From assembly GCA_036785375.1 (NCBI GenBank), contig JAWMAR010000008.1, positions 806,001-870,000 of the forward strand: a stretch of 64,000 bases of DNA. The letters run 5' to 3'. How positions within the stretch are numbered: the first letter of the stretch is position 1; every line of letters starts with the position of its first letter. A program made the position numbers and the translations under genes. This document shows positions 11,828 through 23,140 of this stretch, piece by piece. Source of the DNA: Leucoraja ocellata (Eukaryota). The notes beneath the pieces were generated by a model, which saw nothing but the letters and a program-made list of their open reading frames with translations, was not told the DNA's origin and searched no databases.

Positions 11828-12949
11828 ACTCAGTGACCAGTTGCAGACAGGCATCGCATAAGACTTCAGGGCTTTTATTACAAGCATGAGATCTGCTTCT
11901 CACAGATCAACAGCCAGCACCAATGGTTTGCCCAGACTATACAGTGGGTGGCAGAGCCAACACAGCAGAACATGCATGCTGCCCCCATGCTTCTCTCTGC
12001 CAGGGCATTGAGGTGGCAATCAGTTTTTCCGTTCAGCACATGGTCCATCTTAAGGCTCGGTTTGTCATAAATAGGCACAGCTTCAAATCAAAAACACATC
12101 TTAACACACAGCAGCCAAGCTCTCAAGACAGCATTTGGAAGAAGCATGGAATTCAAGCAGCAATCATCATGCCTTAGAATATCTGCAATTCAACAATAGT
12201 ACGGAGATAGTGTCAAAATGGACAAAAATAAACCAGTAGTAGAGGACAATGCACCTGTAACTTGCTTTGTGTATCTGTGCACAACTGCTTAGCTGTTAAG
12301 ATTGTCAGGGTGAAATGATGCCAGCATACAAGTCCAATGCTGGCGGTCAGTGCAGAAGCCACTGGTAGGATGTAGGATTTGGAGGAAGTGGGCTGTTGAC
12401 TTGCTAACACTATGGCATCGTCTAGGTGCTCATTTAAAAGGCAAAGCTTCCTCAGACATGATCTATCAGTCAGTTGCTTCTGTTCACGTTATGTGGTGTG
12501 ACAATATTGGCAACTGGTGCTATATGCCTGTAACTATTCTCTCCCAGAGGGAAAAAGGATGCCGTGATTACATAACTGCTAAATCCAGGTTTCAACCATC
12601 ATTTTAGATGCACTAATATTTTTCTGTTTAGTTTTAATGAGCATATATTTCTCCTTTTTCTGAATTTTGTTGCATTTCTTTTCAGCAACTATTATAAAAC
12701 TTTATAATTACTTACTTTTCCTGGAATAAATAGGAATTGAAGATGCTCAAACATCTCCTGGACTATTTGTCCATCATCACTATCCCCTTTATATATTTTA
12801 AATAATTGCAAGTCATGTTAAACATGCCTTTCTGACCTGCGTAGTATGACCGAATAATTAGGAAAATTCACTGTTTGCTGTTCTAATAAATCTTTCAACT
12901 AATTATGCTAAAAATATTAATAAATCGTCTTTAAGAATTTCATAAGAGT

Positions 12950-14082
12950 TTTGTGAGTTTCTAGAGGCGGTAACAAAGGAGAAGGATGAAGACAGGGATT
13001 TTACATGCCGTTTAAATTGACTTTTGTAAGGCATTTGATAAGGTCCCATGTGGTAGGCTATTGCAGAAGGTTAATGCACATGGGATTCATGGTGAGCTGG
13101 CTAATTGGATCCCAAATTGGGGGTGGTGGAAAGATGTTTTCCTGATTGGAACTCAGTGACCAGTGGTGTACCGCATGGGTCGATGCTGGGACCTTTGCTG
13201 TTTGTGATATATATTAATGACTAGTGTGTTTGTGTGGGAGGTATGATTAGTAGGATTGCGGAGACACAAAAATCGGTGGTGTTACGAATAGCAAGGAAGC
13301 TTGTCTAAGACTACACCAGGATTTAAATCAGATGAAAAGTTGGGAAGAGGATGAACGGTTGGAATTTAACCCCAACAAGTTTGAGGTAATGAATTTTGGG
13401 AAGTCAAGCAGGGGCAGATTAAATGTTTGGAGACTTAAGGAATACTGATAAACAGAGGTCTAGGGGTCCAAGTCCATAGTTCCCCAAAAATGGCACGCAG
13501 ATCAATAGGGTGGTGAATAATGCATAGAACATGAGGCTTCAGTGGCAGGGCATGGAATGTAAAAGTTTGGATGTTTTGTGGGAATTTTACAAGACATTGA
13601 TTAAGCTGCGTGAAGTACAGTATTTTTGCGCAGTTCCTATTGCCACACTTGAGGAAGCATGTGATTGCACTGGTGAGTGCAGAGGAGATTCATCAGGATT
13701 GGAGGACATTAGTTATGGGGAGAGAGTGAATAGACCAGGCTTGTTTTCCCTGAGCAAAGGAGACCAAAGGGTGACCTGATAGAAGCATATAAGATTCTGA
13801 GGGATACAGAGAGATTATGAGGATAGATAGTCCACAACCTTTTCTCATGGTAGGGCGTGAATTTTAAGGCGAGAAGATGGAGCTTTGAGATTGATATCTC
13901 AAACATGCTGCCATAGGAGGTGGTTGGATCAGATTAAATGACTACATTTAAGAGGCATTTAGACATAATTTAAATAAGCAAGCACAGAGTGATACAGTCC
14001 TAAAGTCAGATTAGTGTAAATCGCAAAAAGGTTGGCATGGATGTTTTGGCAGAAGGGCCTACGTTTATGCTGTGCAACTCTA
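12950..14082 (+). mobile_element. Degraded CR1 LINE ORF2 (RT and 3' end)
   Basis: Frameshifted RT motifs DFCKAFDKVP, SGVPHGSMLGPLLFVIYIND, (F)ADTKIGG, then a CR1 3' UTR. Confidence 0.85.
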
Positions 14083-16540
14083 AGAGTCTTTATATTCACA
14101 CCCTATACCATCAAGGCTGCAATGATGGGAAATAATAAATTCTCCGTGTCCTACTACCTGTATAACCTAGAGACTAATTCTGACATAGTTGTAAAAATTA
14201 ACCAGAAGTTTCTCTGCTTATTTTCATCAGCCCAATTAGGTGAATTTCTCCAAACCAACTAAAAAATAGATTTAATTTGAGAGGACTCCTAATCACCAAT
14301 TTCCACCCACAAAACCACATCTTATCCCTACACACATACATGCAAGCAGAGCTGATTAGCAGTGATTATGTTAGTTAAGGATGGCACTTCAATTTATGCT
14401 CATAGAAATCTTTTTTTTTCATTTTTAATAGATCACATTTTTAATTAAACTAACTACGAAGCTATTGGCCGCACACTGATGAAATTATTCAGTCAAGGCT
14501 ATAAAAGATATGTTTATTGACTGTATCAGATTCCCAGAGATGGAAGAGTGGACCCATATTAAAAATTTCTATTCTGATGAAAAATCCATTTTAAATGGTA
14601 TTAATAAAAATGCCCTAAAGTTATTTCTTGGTGTAGTTGATGAAAAAGAGATAAACGTTCTGTTCTACTGCCCAACTGCCCTTCATTGAAGATTTTAATT
14701 TAAACAGGCTTGCACAATGAACCACCAAAATTAAACCTTGGGCATGGTTGCCTGATTGCCTAACCCAAACTGATCAGTAATTTATGTTCTAACATATGTA
14801 ACAAACAATAGAATTTGGTTTTTAATCTAAAACAGGCTGCAGCTTATTAATTGTATTTGCTTATTTTGAATTGTTAATTAACAAGCTAGCATGTTTTTAG
14901 TAACAGAAGGCAGAACACTGGAAGAACTCAGTGGGTCATGCAACGTCCGTGGATGCAAGAGGGTAAGTAAATATCTCGGGTTGGGATTCTACATCAAATC
15001 CAGACCTGCCGGACTCTTTGAGCTGTTTATCGATCCAGATTCCAGCATCTGCCGTCTCCTTTGTCCTCTAACATTTCTTTATGTTTCAAACCCATTCCCC
15101 ATACAACAATTTTTTAATCAATTAATTAATGAATGATCAGGCTCAGCAGCATTCTTACCATTCAGTGACATTTGGTGAACTCACACCTATCAACAGAGTT
15201 TTATTTCGATTTGAAGTACATGTATCCTTGATTGCTTGCATTAGAATAAATGGCAATAATGCTACTGTAATAGATGTATGCGAATCAGAATGATTAAATT
15301 ATAATAAATACACTATGGATATACGGATTGTTGGAATAGATGAAAATATGATAAATTAGTGGCATTAATTGGATTGTATGAAAGCCAATTAAGTGAGGAC
15401 AAAACTGAGGTAGATTTTGCTAAGTGTAATCTTTAGCTTGATTGGCTCCAGATAGGTTGGGCTGGAATTAATATCAAGTAGCAGAATAAATGAGTTGAGA
15501 TTGATTTGAGGTAGATTATAGTGGACAGATTTTAATAGAAATGATTCAATTATACTGACTGCTTCTGCCCACATCTGCAGAATGAATATTTCTTATCTGT
15601 TGATTGTAAAACTTAAAAAATAGCCCAGACTAAGTGACCTAGTCCAAAACCAAACATAATTGAGCAGATTTTAAAATAAACCAGTCAGCTCTTGCCCAGG
15701 GCTAATGCAGGAAGTAAAACAATAATAATGCTGGTACAACAAGGAAGCTTAATCGAGGCACAAGTGAGATATGTGGGTTTTTTTGTTGTTGGATGGAGAC
15801 CTTGCCTTACACGAGGCCTTGACAACTGGTGAAAATGGGTGATACATACAGTGGCCAAGAAAATGGAAAATAAAACAGAAGTTGACAGCTGTATTGTGCT
15901 GACCTGTTATATACAGTTGGGCAAATAACATTGGATTGATTTTATTCAAAATGATTAAATTTAGATAGATTATAACAGAGTGAATTATATCAGGATAGGT
16001 TTATTTATAAGACACTGCAGCGGTATTGATTTGACAAGGACATATTAAATTCCCCGATGGGAGGGATGCAATAAATAAATACTACTGGACAAATTGCACC
16101 ATCTGAGATTAGATCCTACTCATTGATTTATATTGGAGATAGATTTAAACAGGCAATGCATCATTTAGGCATGATGGGTGTCAGGGGTTATGAGGAAAAG
16201 GCAGGAGAATGGGGTTAGGAGGGAGAGATACATAAGGAATATGTACAGGGAATAAATTGCACTGAATTAGATGCTGTTAATATTAGCAAAGTCTCAAGAT
16301 AGATGGCAAGAGGAAAATAATGGTTGATTGGTTTCTCCTCTGTTCTCCACCATGTCATTGTATGATTGTTAAGTCACTGTGTGCAAGTCCTGCCTCACAA
16401 TTCTTCCAATCCCTCTGTAAATGGAGCTGGCAAAATGTCACATTACATTAACTTGTATAAATGACAGATGGTGTATTGGCTGCTTTTGGGATCAGAGGAA
16501 TGAATGAAAATGGCCTTTCCAGACAATGGGCATGAAAGAC

Positions 16541-16756
16541 TGTGTCGGAAAGAACTGCAGATGTTGGTTTAAATCGAAGGTAGCCACAAAATGCTGGAGT
16601 ACCTCAGCGGGACAGGCAGCATCTCTGGAGAGAAGGAATGGGTGACGTTTCGGGTTGAGATCAGTCTGAAGAAGGGTCTTGACCCGAAACGTCACCCATT
16701 CCTTCTCTCCAGAGACGTTCCCTGTCCCGCTGAGCAACTCCAGCATTTTGTGTCTC
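16541..16756. repeat. Penelope-derived palindrome with intact hammerhead-like core (16666-16693, +)
   Basis: Near-perfect inverted arms around CTGAAGA-AGGGTCTTGACCC-GAAA-CGTC. Confidence 0.8.
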
Positions 16757-17697
16757 GGCATGAAAGACCCACTGAATGTCGTAAATGTCAATACTAAGAA
16801 GTGTACGCATCTCTCCCAGGGTCCCACACCAAAAATGTTGCTTGACCTCATATTATTCTTAACCGACACTCTTTAACATACATCACAGAATCGGCTGATG
16901 CATGTGTTCTCTGCATCACACACCACTCATCACGAACTATACCTCGCAGTGTGTTACTGTGCAATGTTGTGAATAGATTAACATATTCACAAAGGTAAGC
17001 TTACATCATCACCCAATTTTCATGTATCTATTTGAGATGTCAGATCACTTTCTTCACTTAGTTTTTACTTCTACTTTCATCAAAAAGATGTTCTGATTTT
17101 TACAATGTGGGACAAATAATCATTGCTGAAACATAGTTTCACCCTGGCAAACAACAGCAATGAGATGGGGAAAGTGATTGCAAGATTTATAGTGTACATT
17201 ATGATCTAAGTTTACATCTAAGTTATAGAGAGTTATATGCAGCACAGGATCGCATGCTCCTGGACGCTATTTTTAACGTGCCTCTAGAATATCTTGTTTC
17301 TGATTTATAAATGTTTGAGTTACACCTTTTAAATACGTGAAAAACTGTGCAGCAACATAATGCAATGTGTGCACTTCTGAACTGTCGAAATTTCCTGAGG
17401 TGAAGAAAGCAGTTACATTTCTGTGAAAGACTCACAGTCCCAGAGCCAATTATAATATGTGAAGAGTATAATTGTTATCACTGACAGTCATAAAGCCAGT
17501 CGTGTGTGCAGAATATATAACCCTCATAAATCTTATTACAGCATGGGCCCCCCTCGGTGGGAGGGAAGTCGACCAACTGATGGAGTAACAATTATAGACA
17601 CACACGTGCACAATGAGATGAATACAGGGTTGCAAAACTTTTTTTTTTTGTACGGTCTCTTGTGATGGAATTGGGGACGCACAGTGAGGTCATCACG

Positions 17698-17703
17698 CAT
17701 GCA
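17698..17703 (-). promoter_or_regulatory. Rbfox element UGCAUG just downstream of the exon 9b donor
   Basis: CATGCA on +, 25-30 nt into the intron after exon 9b. Downstream position is the enhancer position in the Rbfox RNA map. Confidence 0.6.
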
Positions 17704-17727
17704 GGGTTGTTGACGTGCACTACTCAC

Positions 17728-17838
17728 CCGGCGCGCTTTACTCTGGTACTTAACCGCCTTTTTTGTGTCAGACACTGCCCTCTCTACGTAGTCAACTGAG
17801 TGCTCGACGTTGTATTCGATCCTGTCTATCATCTCTCC
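17728..17838 (-). CDS. STX1A: Exon 9b, canonical syntaxin-1 C-terminal SNARE half: [37 protein letters not shown]
   Basis: Acceptor ctctttcctcgatgcccag, donor CGG|gtgagt. 111 bp, phase 0/0. Essentially identical to vertebrate syntaxin-1 residues 227-263. Confidence 0.96.
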
Positions 17839-17914
17839 CTGGGCATCGAGGAAAGAGCAGACACGCATGAAAGTAACAGAGGTGCTTCAGCGGCCATTGT
17901 CCCCAGTCACTTAC

Positions 17915-18025
17915 CCGCCGGCTGGTACTCTTAAAATTAACTGCTTTTTTTGTGTTCTCCTTCGCGTCGCCTATGTAATCCGTTGCATTAACAACGTTCC
18001 TCTCAATGCTGTTGACCACATCACC
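17915..18025 (-). CDS. STX1A: Alternative exon 9a, syntaxin-2-like C-terminal SNARE half: [37 protein letters not shown]
   Basis: Acceptor tctttctccttctgtttcag, donor CGG|gtaagt. 111 bp, phase 0/0, open frame. 16/37 aa identical to exon 9b, with heptad-layer positions identical or conservatively changed. Confidence 0.88.
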
Positions 18026-20982
18026 CTGAAACAGAAGGAGAAAGATTCACTCTTCCCGAAAAGCCTCTGGTATCCCACGGAATTATATCACAAGCATCAA
18101 ACTGAACTGAACATATCTGACAGCATTGTCCTTGAAGGGTGGGGGGCAATGTGAAGTGAAGCCTCAAAGAGGCCCCACACTGCCACCCTGCATGCTTTTC
18201 TGTTGCAAAGAGCCATTCCTCTATTCATGTGGGCACCACTAATGGTTTATTTGAATAGCAACACAGCATAAAAGCCTTACCCCACAATAACATAATGAGG
18301 CACTTATTCTCCCAAGGACTTACTCATCAGAACATCCAATAACTCCCACATAGAAACCTGATGAAATCAACCAAGGTATGGGTTGGTTTTGAGTCTCCAG
18401 ATAATCTTCTTGTTTACCAAATGGAGCATTTTCAGATTGTCATCTTTGCTGTTCAGGGATTTTAAACTGGAATGAATTTCCTCAGGGAATTTCACTGGAG
18501 AAGCAGGGGTCTCTGTAAATATTTCTTGTCCCTCTCCCCCCCCCCCCCCCCCAAATTTCCTCAGGTGCAAAGTTCATGGATAAAAAGCAAAGAGCTGTTT
18601 TGTTCAGCCTCCGTGAATCATCCTGAATACTTTGGGAATAATAGAGTTGCTTCCTGACATTCCACCTTCCCATCTGTCTCCCAGTGTCCCAAAACCCTTC
18701 TTGAATGCAGCCGACATATTTAAAATACCAATTTTGCCCTGACCACCAACACCAATGAAGCTTTTAGCTGCTGTTATCTGTTACTATGGGTGTCAGAGGT
18801 TACGGGGCGAAGGCAGGAGAGAGATAGATCAGTCAAGATCGAATGGCGGAGTAGACTTGATGGGCCAAATGGCCTAATTCTAAAGGTTCCTAACATGAGT
18901 CTATCTGCTTGAATAATCTACCCCTTTAGTCGACACCAGGCTTCCATAAGATCTCAGCACGCAGTGGGCGTGGATCCTGTCCAATGTTTGGCATTGGAGA
19001 TCATGGTGGGTTGATGTGAACTGAGGACAGGGTGGAATGGCAGGCTAAATTACCCTTGCTGATGTTGGCTATTTCTTATTCATGCACCAACTAAGATTCT
19101 GACTCCTGGTAGCTTGAGAATGAGCGCAGCAGTGAGATTGCTTCCTCAGCCTTGTCCCTGGACTCATCATATTCCAATAGTGAGTGATTATCTTTACCCA
19201 GCGGCTCTGGTGTGTCACAACAGGTGAGAGAGCAGTGGGGGGGGGGGGGGGTTCGTGTTCAGATAGGCCAAGAAGCCAAGCACATCTTACATTGCTGCAT
19301 CTTTGATTTTCTTTACACGCTTTACCACGTTTCAAGAGTCCAATATCATGCGTGTGGTTGGAAGTACATGCAATCATGCAAAGCTGCACTGTTACTGCAT
19401 GCTACAGAATGCGTTACCTGCAGGACTCCACCGTCCAGTCCAGGGTATTAGCAGCAGGAGAAAACAGAGGCTGTTACCAGCAATAGGAAGAATAGACTCG
19501 CAGTCAGAGCCTCACGGTGAATTGTGAATTAATGCAACAGAGCTCTTTGCAACTCTTATTAGATCTTTGCTCTTCTTGACTTTGATATAATTTCCCATAC
19601 GTCACAGTCCCTTCAGTCCACACATCAGATACCTCGTTTCTAACCTTTGGACAGAAGGTTGCTGAGATGGGGGCAGAAAGCGAGGGAAGGGAAGGAAGGG
19701 GGCAGACACTTGGAGTGAGAAGTCTTTGCAAGTGGTTAGATGGTGTGATCAACAAAAAGAAGTGGGATGGTGGGGGTCTGGCAGTGCAAGGACAGAGGCA
19801 GCTCCAGGAATGTCTTGGGGGCACTTTACGAAGCAAAGATTCTGCCGGGGAATCAGCTGACCTGCCCTTGGCTCTGTGGTAGCACGTTTGGTTCTACGTG
19901 AGGCATTATAGAGCTTCACCTATCCTCCGCCAAGGATCGTCTCAAACAATAAGCAGGAAGTTGATTGGCAACTTTCACAAAAAGGACAGTGCCTCAAATC
20001 AGAGACAAGGGGATGTGAAAGAAGAGGAGGGCTGGGAATGGGAAGAGGCACAGCTACATGGTACTGATCATTTTAAATAGCAGAATAAGGTGCATCCTTC
20101 CATTGTCCTTATTTTAGGAGACAGGGAGATTACTGCACCACTGAGAAGCAGGTGATATCTCTTGTTTGCAGGATTGATGGTGAGACCATGATGGAAGAAC
20201 TAATTCACTTCCCAGTCTAGTGTGGTGGATCAGTGGTTAGCTGGGTTGGATCAGTGAAAATCAAGTGTACAATGCCTCACATGACCAACGAGGCAAACTC
20301 CAGTGCATATAAAGTCATGCAGTCCAGGTTCCCTCAAGCCTTGTCATCTTGGGGTACTGGTAAAAGGAGACTACTTAGACTTGCCATTGGCAACTTTGGA
20401 GGGCATTAATGGTTATCAGAGAAACCTAGAAGGAAGGTGCAGCGTAGTCTAAAAACTAAACATATGGTCAATGGGTTACACGCCAGTAAATTACATTTTA
20501 GGTTGGCTTTCTGTGTATTTTTGAATGTTAAGTGTGTCAAGGAATATAGGCTTGGATAGGAGAGTGAACAGTCTTGGATAGGAGAGTGGACAGTCATATC
20601 CTATTGACAATTGGCACAGACTCACAGTGCTCTACGACCTACTCTTGCTTTAAGGGATTGCTCTTGGTCTTATGCTCTTGTTTTATAGGTTATGCTCTTA
20701 AACAGAGATTATTTTTTTCCGTGCAACACGCAGAATGCTTGAACACTAGTCAATGAGCAGAGACTTCAAAAAACTGAAGTGATAATTCTTCAACGCACAA
20801 TTCTTGTCGAATCAAAGTTGTTAAGGCAGTTAAAATCAGCAATAACAAGGAATCATAAAGTTTTGTTTTACACTCAATCCACGATGACAGAGTAAGATGG
20901 ACCTTTTCTCGGTTTAGATAACTGGTAATTCCTGCCACACAGATTCAAAATGAGACCTTTCTCTGTTTGATCCACATCTTAC

Positions 20983-21120
20983 CTGGCTTTCCACCAGCAT
21001 TGCCATGTCCATGAACATATCGTGCAGCTCGCGAATACAGTTCTCCAGTTTGATGATCTCATGATGTCGCGTTTCAATCTCATTTAGAGCCTGCTTCGTG
21101 ATGTTGGAATCCATTATGAT
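20983..21120 (-). CDS. STX1A: Syntaxin-1A-like coding exon (exon 8 equivalent, N-terminal half of Qa-SNARE to the zero-layer Gln): [46 protein letters not shown]
   Basis: Acceptor ctcttctcttag, donor CAG|gtaaga. 138 bp, phase 0/0. SGIIMDS and MFMDMAML fit STX1A better than STX1B (DIKMDS, MFVDMAML) as recalled. Confidence 0.95.
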
Positions 21121-21889
21121 CTAAGAGAAGAGAAGAGAAAACCATGCAGAATCAGCTGACCAGCCAGGCATCACAGAACATATATGGGTGTGAACAAATA
21201 CTACAAATCCTCGAAGTTACTTTCAATCTGTAGTCTGAACGGTTTAGAGGCAGACGGTGACAAAATCAGGGAAGGGAAAAAAAAACCCATAAACAGATTT
21301 TTGCCATTCCATCTGGACTTCCACATGTGGCATCGTCCTGGTACAGGGCATGGCATTTTTAAATCATTTGGCATCGGTTTCATTTTACATTGTTTTAGCT
21401 ACGTCTACATTCCAGGGTTAGACACTTTGTATTTTGCTCTGCAGTTCCTTGTATCTTCATTCCTAGAGTTAAAGGACTCGAAATTCTCCTTAAACTAGCA
21501 GTCTTGATGGGGTTAAAAAAGAAAAATGCTGGAGGAACTCGACAAGTCAGGCGGCACCTATGGAGGGAATGGACAGATGACATGTGGGTTCGGGACCCTT
21601 CTGATGATGTGTTTACTCTTGCTTTATCTTTAGGACTGTATATCTTTTCTCCTTACAAAGACTGCATCTCCATTCACATGTTTAAGAAAGAACTGCAGAT
21701 GCTGGAAAAATCGAAGGTAGACAAAAATGCTGGAGAAATCTCCATTCTCATTATCTATACTACTGGGTTTTCTGATTCTGCCAGAAATACCCTGCAACAC
21801 ATTCCATCAAACGACAAGGCAAAAGGTGAATCCTGTCAAATCCACTCATTACAGACAGTCTGGTTGGCGTAGGAACATCGTGGAAGGAT

Positions 21890-22178
21890 AGGCATTAAAA
21901 TTTCACTGGCCAACCTGTAGCTCCTTGTTCCACAGCCCACCAGACATTTGCTCGTACCCTTGAGCAGCCAAAACTGTTACTGCAATAATTTGTGTCTGGT
22001 TCAGATAATGGTGCCCCCAAGGATGTTGAAGCTGAGAGATTCGGCAATAATAAAGCACTTGAATATCAAGGAGTCGTGGCTTCATTGGAAACGACAGTTC
22101 CTCAACACCTGTGTGATATGAATATTATTTGCCACCGAACAGCCCAAGCCTGAATATTGTTACGGTCCAGTTGCAAGT
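21890..22178 (-). mobile_element. Old CR1 RT fragment interrupted by a DNA transposon; remnants probably continue to about 24400
   Basis: LQLDRNNIQAWAVRWQIIFISHRC matches the CR1 LQxDLxxxxxWAxxWQMxF motif. Confidence 0.6.
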
Positions 22179-23065
22179 AGGGCCTGTCCCACTTAGGCGA
22201 CTTTTTAGGCGAGTGCAGGAGACTCTGCACTCGCCTCATGATCACCACATGTTCGCTGGTGGTCTCTGGTGAGTCTCCTTCATGGTCGGGAGGAGTTCCC
22301 GCATTCTGGGAACTATTCATGGCCTCAGTATGGTTGCTGAATATTTCAACATGTTGAAAATTTTTCTGCTACCAAAAATTGGTCGCCGTGGAGAAAATCG
22401 ATAATCCTGTAGTCGTCGGTGCAGTTGTAGTGGGGTCGCCATGTAGTTATACGTAGTCAAGGTAGTCGTAGGTAGTTTTAGTTAATTGCCTTTGCTGACC
22501 GGTCATTTTCATTGGCTCATTGGACGAAAAAAACGTAAGCACGAATTTTCAGAACCAAGGATAACCGACCGGTAATGTTAAATGCCTGCCAAACTTCACA
22601 GCTGCGTATCTCTGGCTTATTAAAAGTTGTCTGGCTTCTTAAAAGTGTCTCCATTCCTTCTCCCCCCTCTTTTAAAGGACTTACCGTACACTGTGCTAAC
22701 AGTCTTAACCTTCCTGTTCATCGCGGTGTGCGTCTGTATCACCTTGGCTTTGCACCGTGTGAATTTCAGACAGCGCTCCCCCGCTNNNNNNNNNNNNNNN
22801 NNNNNNNNNNNNNNNNNNNNNNNNNNNNNNNNNNNNNNNNNNNNNNNNNNNNNNNNNNNNNNNNNNNNNNNNNNNNNNNNNNNNNNNNNNNNNNNNNNNN
22901 NNNNNNNNNNNNNNNNNNNNNNNNNNNNNNNNNNNNNNNNNNNNNNNNNNNNNNNNNNNNNNNNNNNNNNAGTCGCCTTTCCAGTTCCCGGTTTCTCAGG
23001 CGAGTGCCGTGAACTTGACAGTCGCTGGCAGTCCGCTGAAAAATTGCCTAAGTGGGACAGGCCCT
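22179..23065. mobile_element. Non-autonomous TIR DNA transposon (PIF/Harbinger-like termini)
   Basis: Perfect 20-bp TIR AGGGCCTGTCCCACTTAGGC at 22179-22198 and inverse at 23046-23065. CpG-rich interior. No clean TSD. Confidence 0.8.
22786..22970. other. Assembly gap (185 N)
   Basis: Run of N inside the TIR element. Confidence 1.
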
Positions 23066-23140
23066 TGTGGCTATTGAGTGATCCATTATCTATGAAACTG
23101 AGAAATCAACAGTAAACCTGTCCATTTCTGATAAAGCATC

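Noticed and set aside
11878-12010. Possible extra terminal exon near cctggcag
   Set aside because: Poor pyrimidine tract, and the peptides lack TM or syntaxin character.
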